Positions 61,921-64,000 of a stretch of 64,000 bases of DNA are shown piece after piece. The translations under genes and the position numbers were made by a program. Positions within the stretch are counted from its first letter, which is position 1; every line of letters begins with the position of its first letter. The stretch is from assembly GCA_051294375.1 (NCBI GenBank), contig CM119265.1:23490776-23554775 (forward strand). Direction: 5' to 3'. The DNA comes from Paraspadella gotoi. Lineage: Eukaryota > Animalia > Chaetognatha. A model generated the notes under the pieces. That model saw only the letters and a list, made by a program, of their open reading frames with translations. It was not told the DNA's origin and ran no database searches.

Positions 61921-62100
61921 AACCCCCTTTAGTAGCCATGGAACGGGTCCTGGGCTTGGAACCAGGCTTGAGGGGTTGCCACGCCCTCAAGGCGGCTTAC
62001 GGCCGTCCTCACGCTTCCCGCAGGGTAGGTACCGGGTTGGGATTGAACCCGGTATCTAGTGGTCATGAGCTGATGGCTTTACTCAATGAGCCACCGGGTC
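61921..62100 (-). mobile_element. tRNA-headed SINE-like element with a twister-ribozyme-like body
   Basis: On the minus strand: A-box-like TGGCTCATTGAG, B-box-like GGTTCAATCCC, then TAA-GCCGC-hairpin-GCCTGGTTCCAAGCCCAGG. Confidence 0.5.
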
Positions 62101-62719
62101 AGGACTGAAGGTGTCATGCTTATAGGCGGGGTGAACCTAGGCAATGCCCGACTACATTCGTTTCAACTAGAGTGATTATTTTACAGTGGGTGCAAAGTCC
62201 TTGATTGTCCGATATATAATTAATAACTAAGTATGTATACCTCTTCAAATAATGAAAAATGCTGAAACCATTTGGCTGATGAAAATAATTCGTAGCCCAT
62301 GACAAAAGCAATTTTTAGGAATTTGTTTATTTCAGATGGAAATCCACTTTTAATTATGTATAAAGAAATTCTAATTTGTTTCATATCAAAATTTAACAAA
62401 TAATTAGAGGCGACCAAAAAAAAAGTTTGAAAAAATTCCGGGATTACTTTTCCTATTTACTGCGAAAATGTTCGGTTGATGTTTTTTTGGCCCAAAAAAT
62501 CGAAATTGCGTGATTTCTTCGCCGTCGGAATCTTTTCGTCAAAGGTGCCTCCCATTTATTTATTTTGCTTAGTTAAATTTGTAAAATTTAAAACCAATTC
62601 GTCAACAGGAAAGAGACTCGGGCCACACTCTCGAGAGGCGACGCCGATCCGGGGACGCGTCGGCGAGCCATTGGGGGGATTCTCGCGAGCGAACGTGGGA
62701 GAGCGACGCGAATGAAAAG

Positions 62720-63748
62720 ATGAGCGACGGAGACCGAGATGATTTGGAATCGGAGATGGAGTCGCTAGAGACAGAGTCGGAGGAAGAGGAAGAGGCTCGT
62801 CCGGCGGAGAAAGGATGGATGTCGAGGTGGAAAAAAAGAAGGAAGACGTTGACGAAGATGACGAAGAGATTCCTCGCCAAATTCCGTCGAGAATCGAATC
62901 GATCGGAAGAAATGTCGGACTTTGAATCGGAAGAGTCGGGATCGAGGCGAAGCGACGACGATCGCGACGACGATTACGACGATCGGGGCGACGACGAAGA
63001 AGACGAAGGGAAGAGGGTGCGGTTCGATCGACGGGGAGAAGGGGAAGGAGGAAGAGGAGGAAGTTACAGAGTTGAGAGGTTGTTACGCATTCGTTAGAGA
63101 AAATTACTTTTACCATATTTACTTAGTTGATCGTTAGTAGAAAGGCAAAAGTATCACGAAACACTAATGCGTTCACTGTAGTCTTTTGGAAATGCGTGAA
63201 CGTAAAGAAAATGACTGCAGCTCAACGCCCTGACATTGCGCTTTCTTATTCATTATCATTTCTTTAATAAAAACTTGAATGGACTTCTGCGACCAGTTCC
63301 GAATCCACCATCGTCCCCGTCGACGTCTCCAGAGACGGTAGCTTCCACTCCCGCAGCCGAAGCAACCCCAGCCTCCGGAGCAACCCCAGCGTCCGGAGTT
63401 TCCCCAGCATTCGAAGCAGCTACAGCAGTCGCAGCAGCCGCATTAGTCTGAACAGCGAGAGGAGGCGATCCCGACGCCGCAGCTACGACAGCAGCGAAGA
63501 CTCGACGCCTCGAGGCCACGACGACGACGATTATTATGACGACGACGACGACGACGACGACGACAACGGCTTCGTCGTCGATCTCGTTCGCAACGTCAAC
63601 AACAACAACGGAACGATCGTGGGAAACGAAGACGACGACCACGACGCGGCGGACAACGAGAACGCGGCGGCGGCGGCGGCTGCGGCGGCGGCGGCTGCGG
63701 AGGAGAGCGACCAGGAGAACCTGAATCGATCGTCGGGAGTGCCGTTGG
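62720..63748 (+). CDS. First exons of an acidic, Ser/Arg-rich low-complexity protein; continues beyond the window
   Basis: ORF MSDGDRDDLESEMES..., then a second GC-rich open frame from about 63297 (SESTIVPVDVSRDGSFHSRSRSNPSLRSNPSVRSFPSIRSS...DDDD...AAAA), with the same codon style as the other exons. Confidence 0.5.
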
Positions 63749-64000
63749 TGTGGAAGAAGGAGGAGCCGGACTTGAGAGTGAAAAGTGAGGGGCGGTTGGT
63801 GGGTGTAGTGAGAGTTAAGTGGCAAATAATGTTCAGAGAGAGAGAGAGAGAGAGAGAGAAGAGAAGGAGAGAGCAGAGGAGAGAGAGAAGGAGAGAGAGA
63901 GAGAGGGAGAATTCAAATTCACATCATTTGTTATCTCTACTCATCTTTATCTCCGATTCTTCGACAGAAAAAACGGCGATCGGAATCTACGTTCTCTATT

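Overview
This is animal (invertebrate-looking) genomic DNA from a compact, gene-dense genome with short introns, GC-rich exons, many (GA)n/(CT)n microsatellites and three assembly gaps. Genes in order: a secreted chitin-binding (CBM14-like) protein (-), a RING-H2 protein (+), ARL13B (-) head-to-head with PBRM1/polybromo (+), MAPKAPK2 (-) nested in a PBRM1 intron, a TRPC-family channel (+), a FACIT/collagen IX-like gene (-), an ATP11-type P4-ATPase flippase (-), a trefoil-domain trypsin-like protease (-) and the start of a low-complexity gene (+). Points most worth following up: (1) eight intact tRNA-Gln genes plus relics lie antisense in introns of the flippase and protease, including a degenerate copy with a TTA (ochre-reading) anticodon; (2) in-frame candidate PBRM1 exons would add about 500 aa between bromodomains 4 and 5, and a 17-aa micro-exon lies within bromodomain 5; (3) an inverted pair of Penelope-type minimal hammerhead ribozymes; (4) a tRNA-headed element carrying a twister-like motif; (5) three unidentified GC-rich structured RNA islands. 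Several single-base frameshifts in conserved genes look like consensus errors. All gene models were spliced and translated by eye; no database searches were run.
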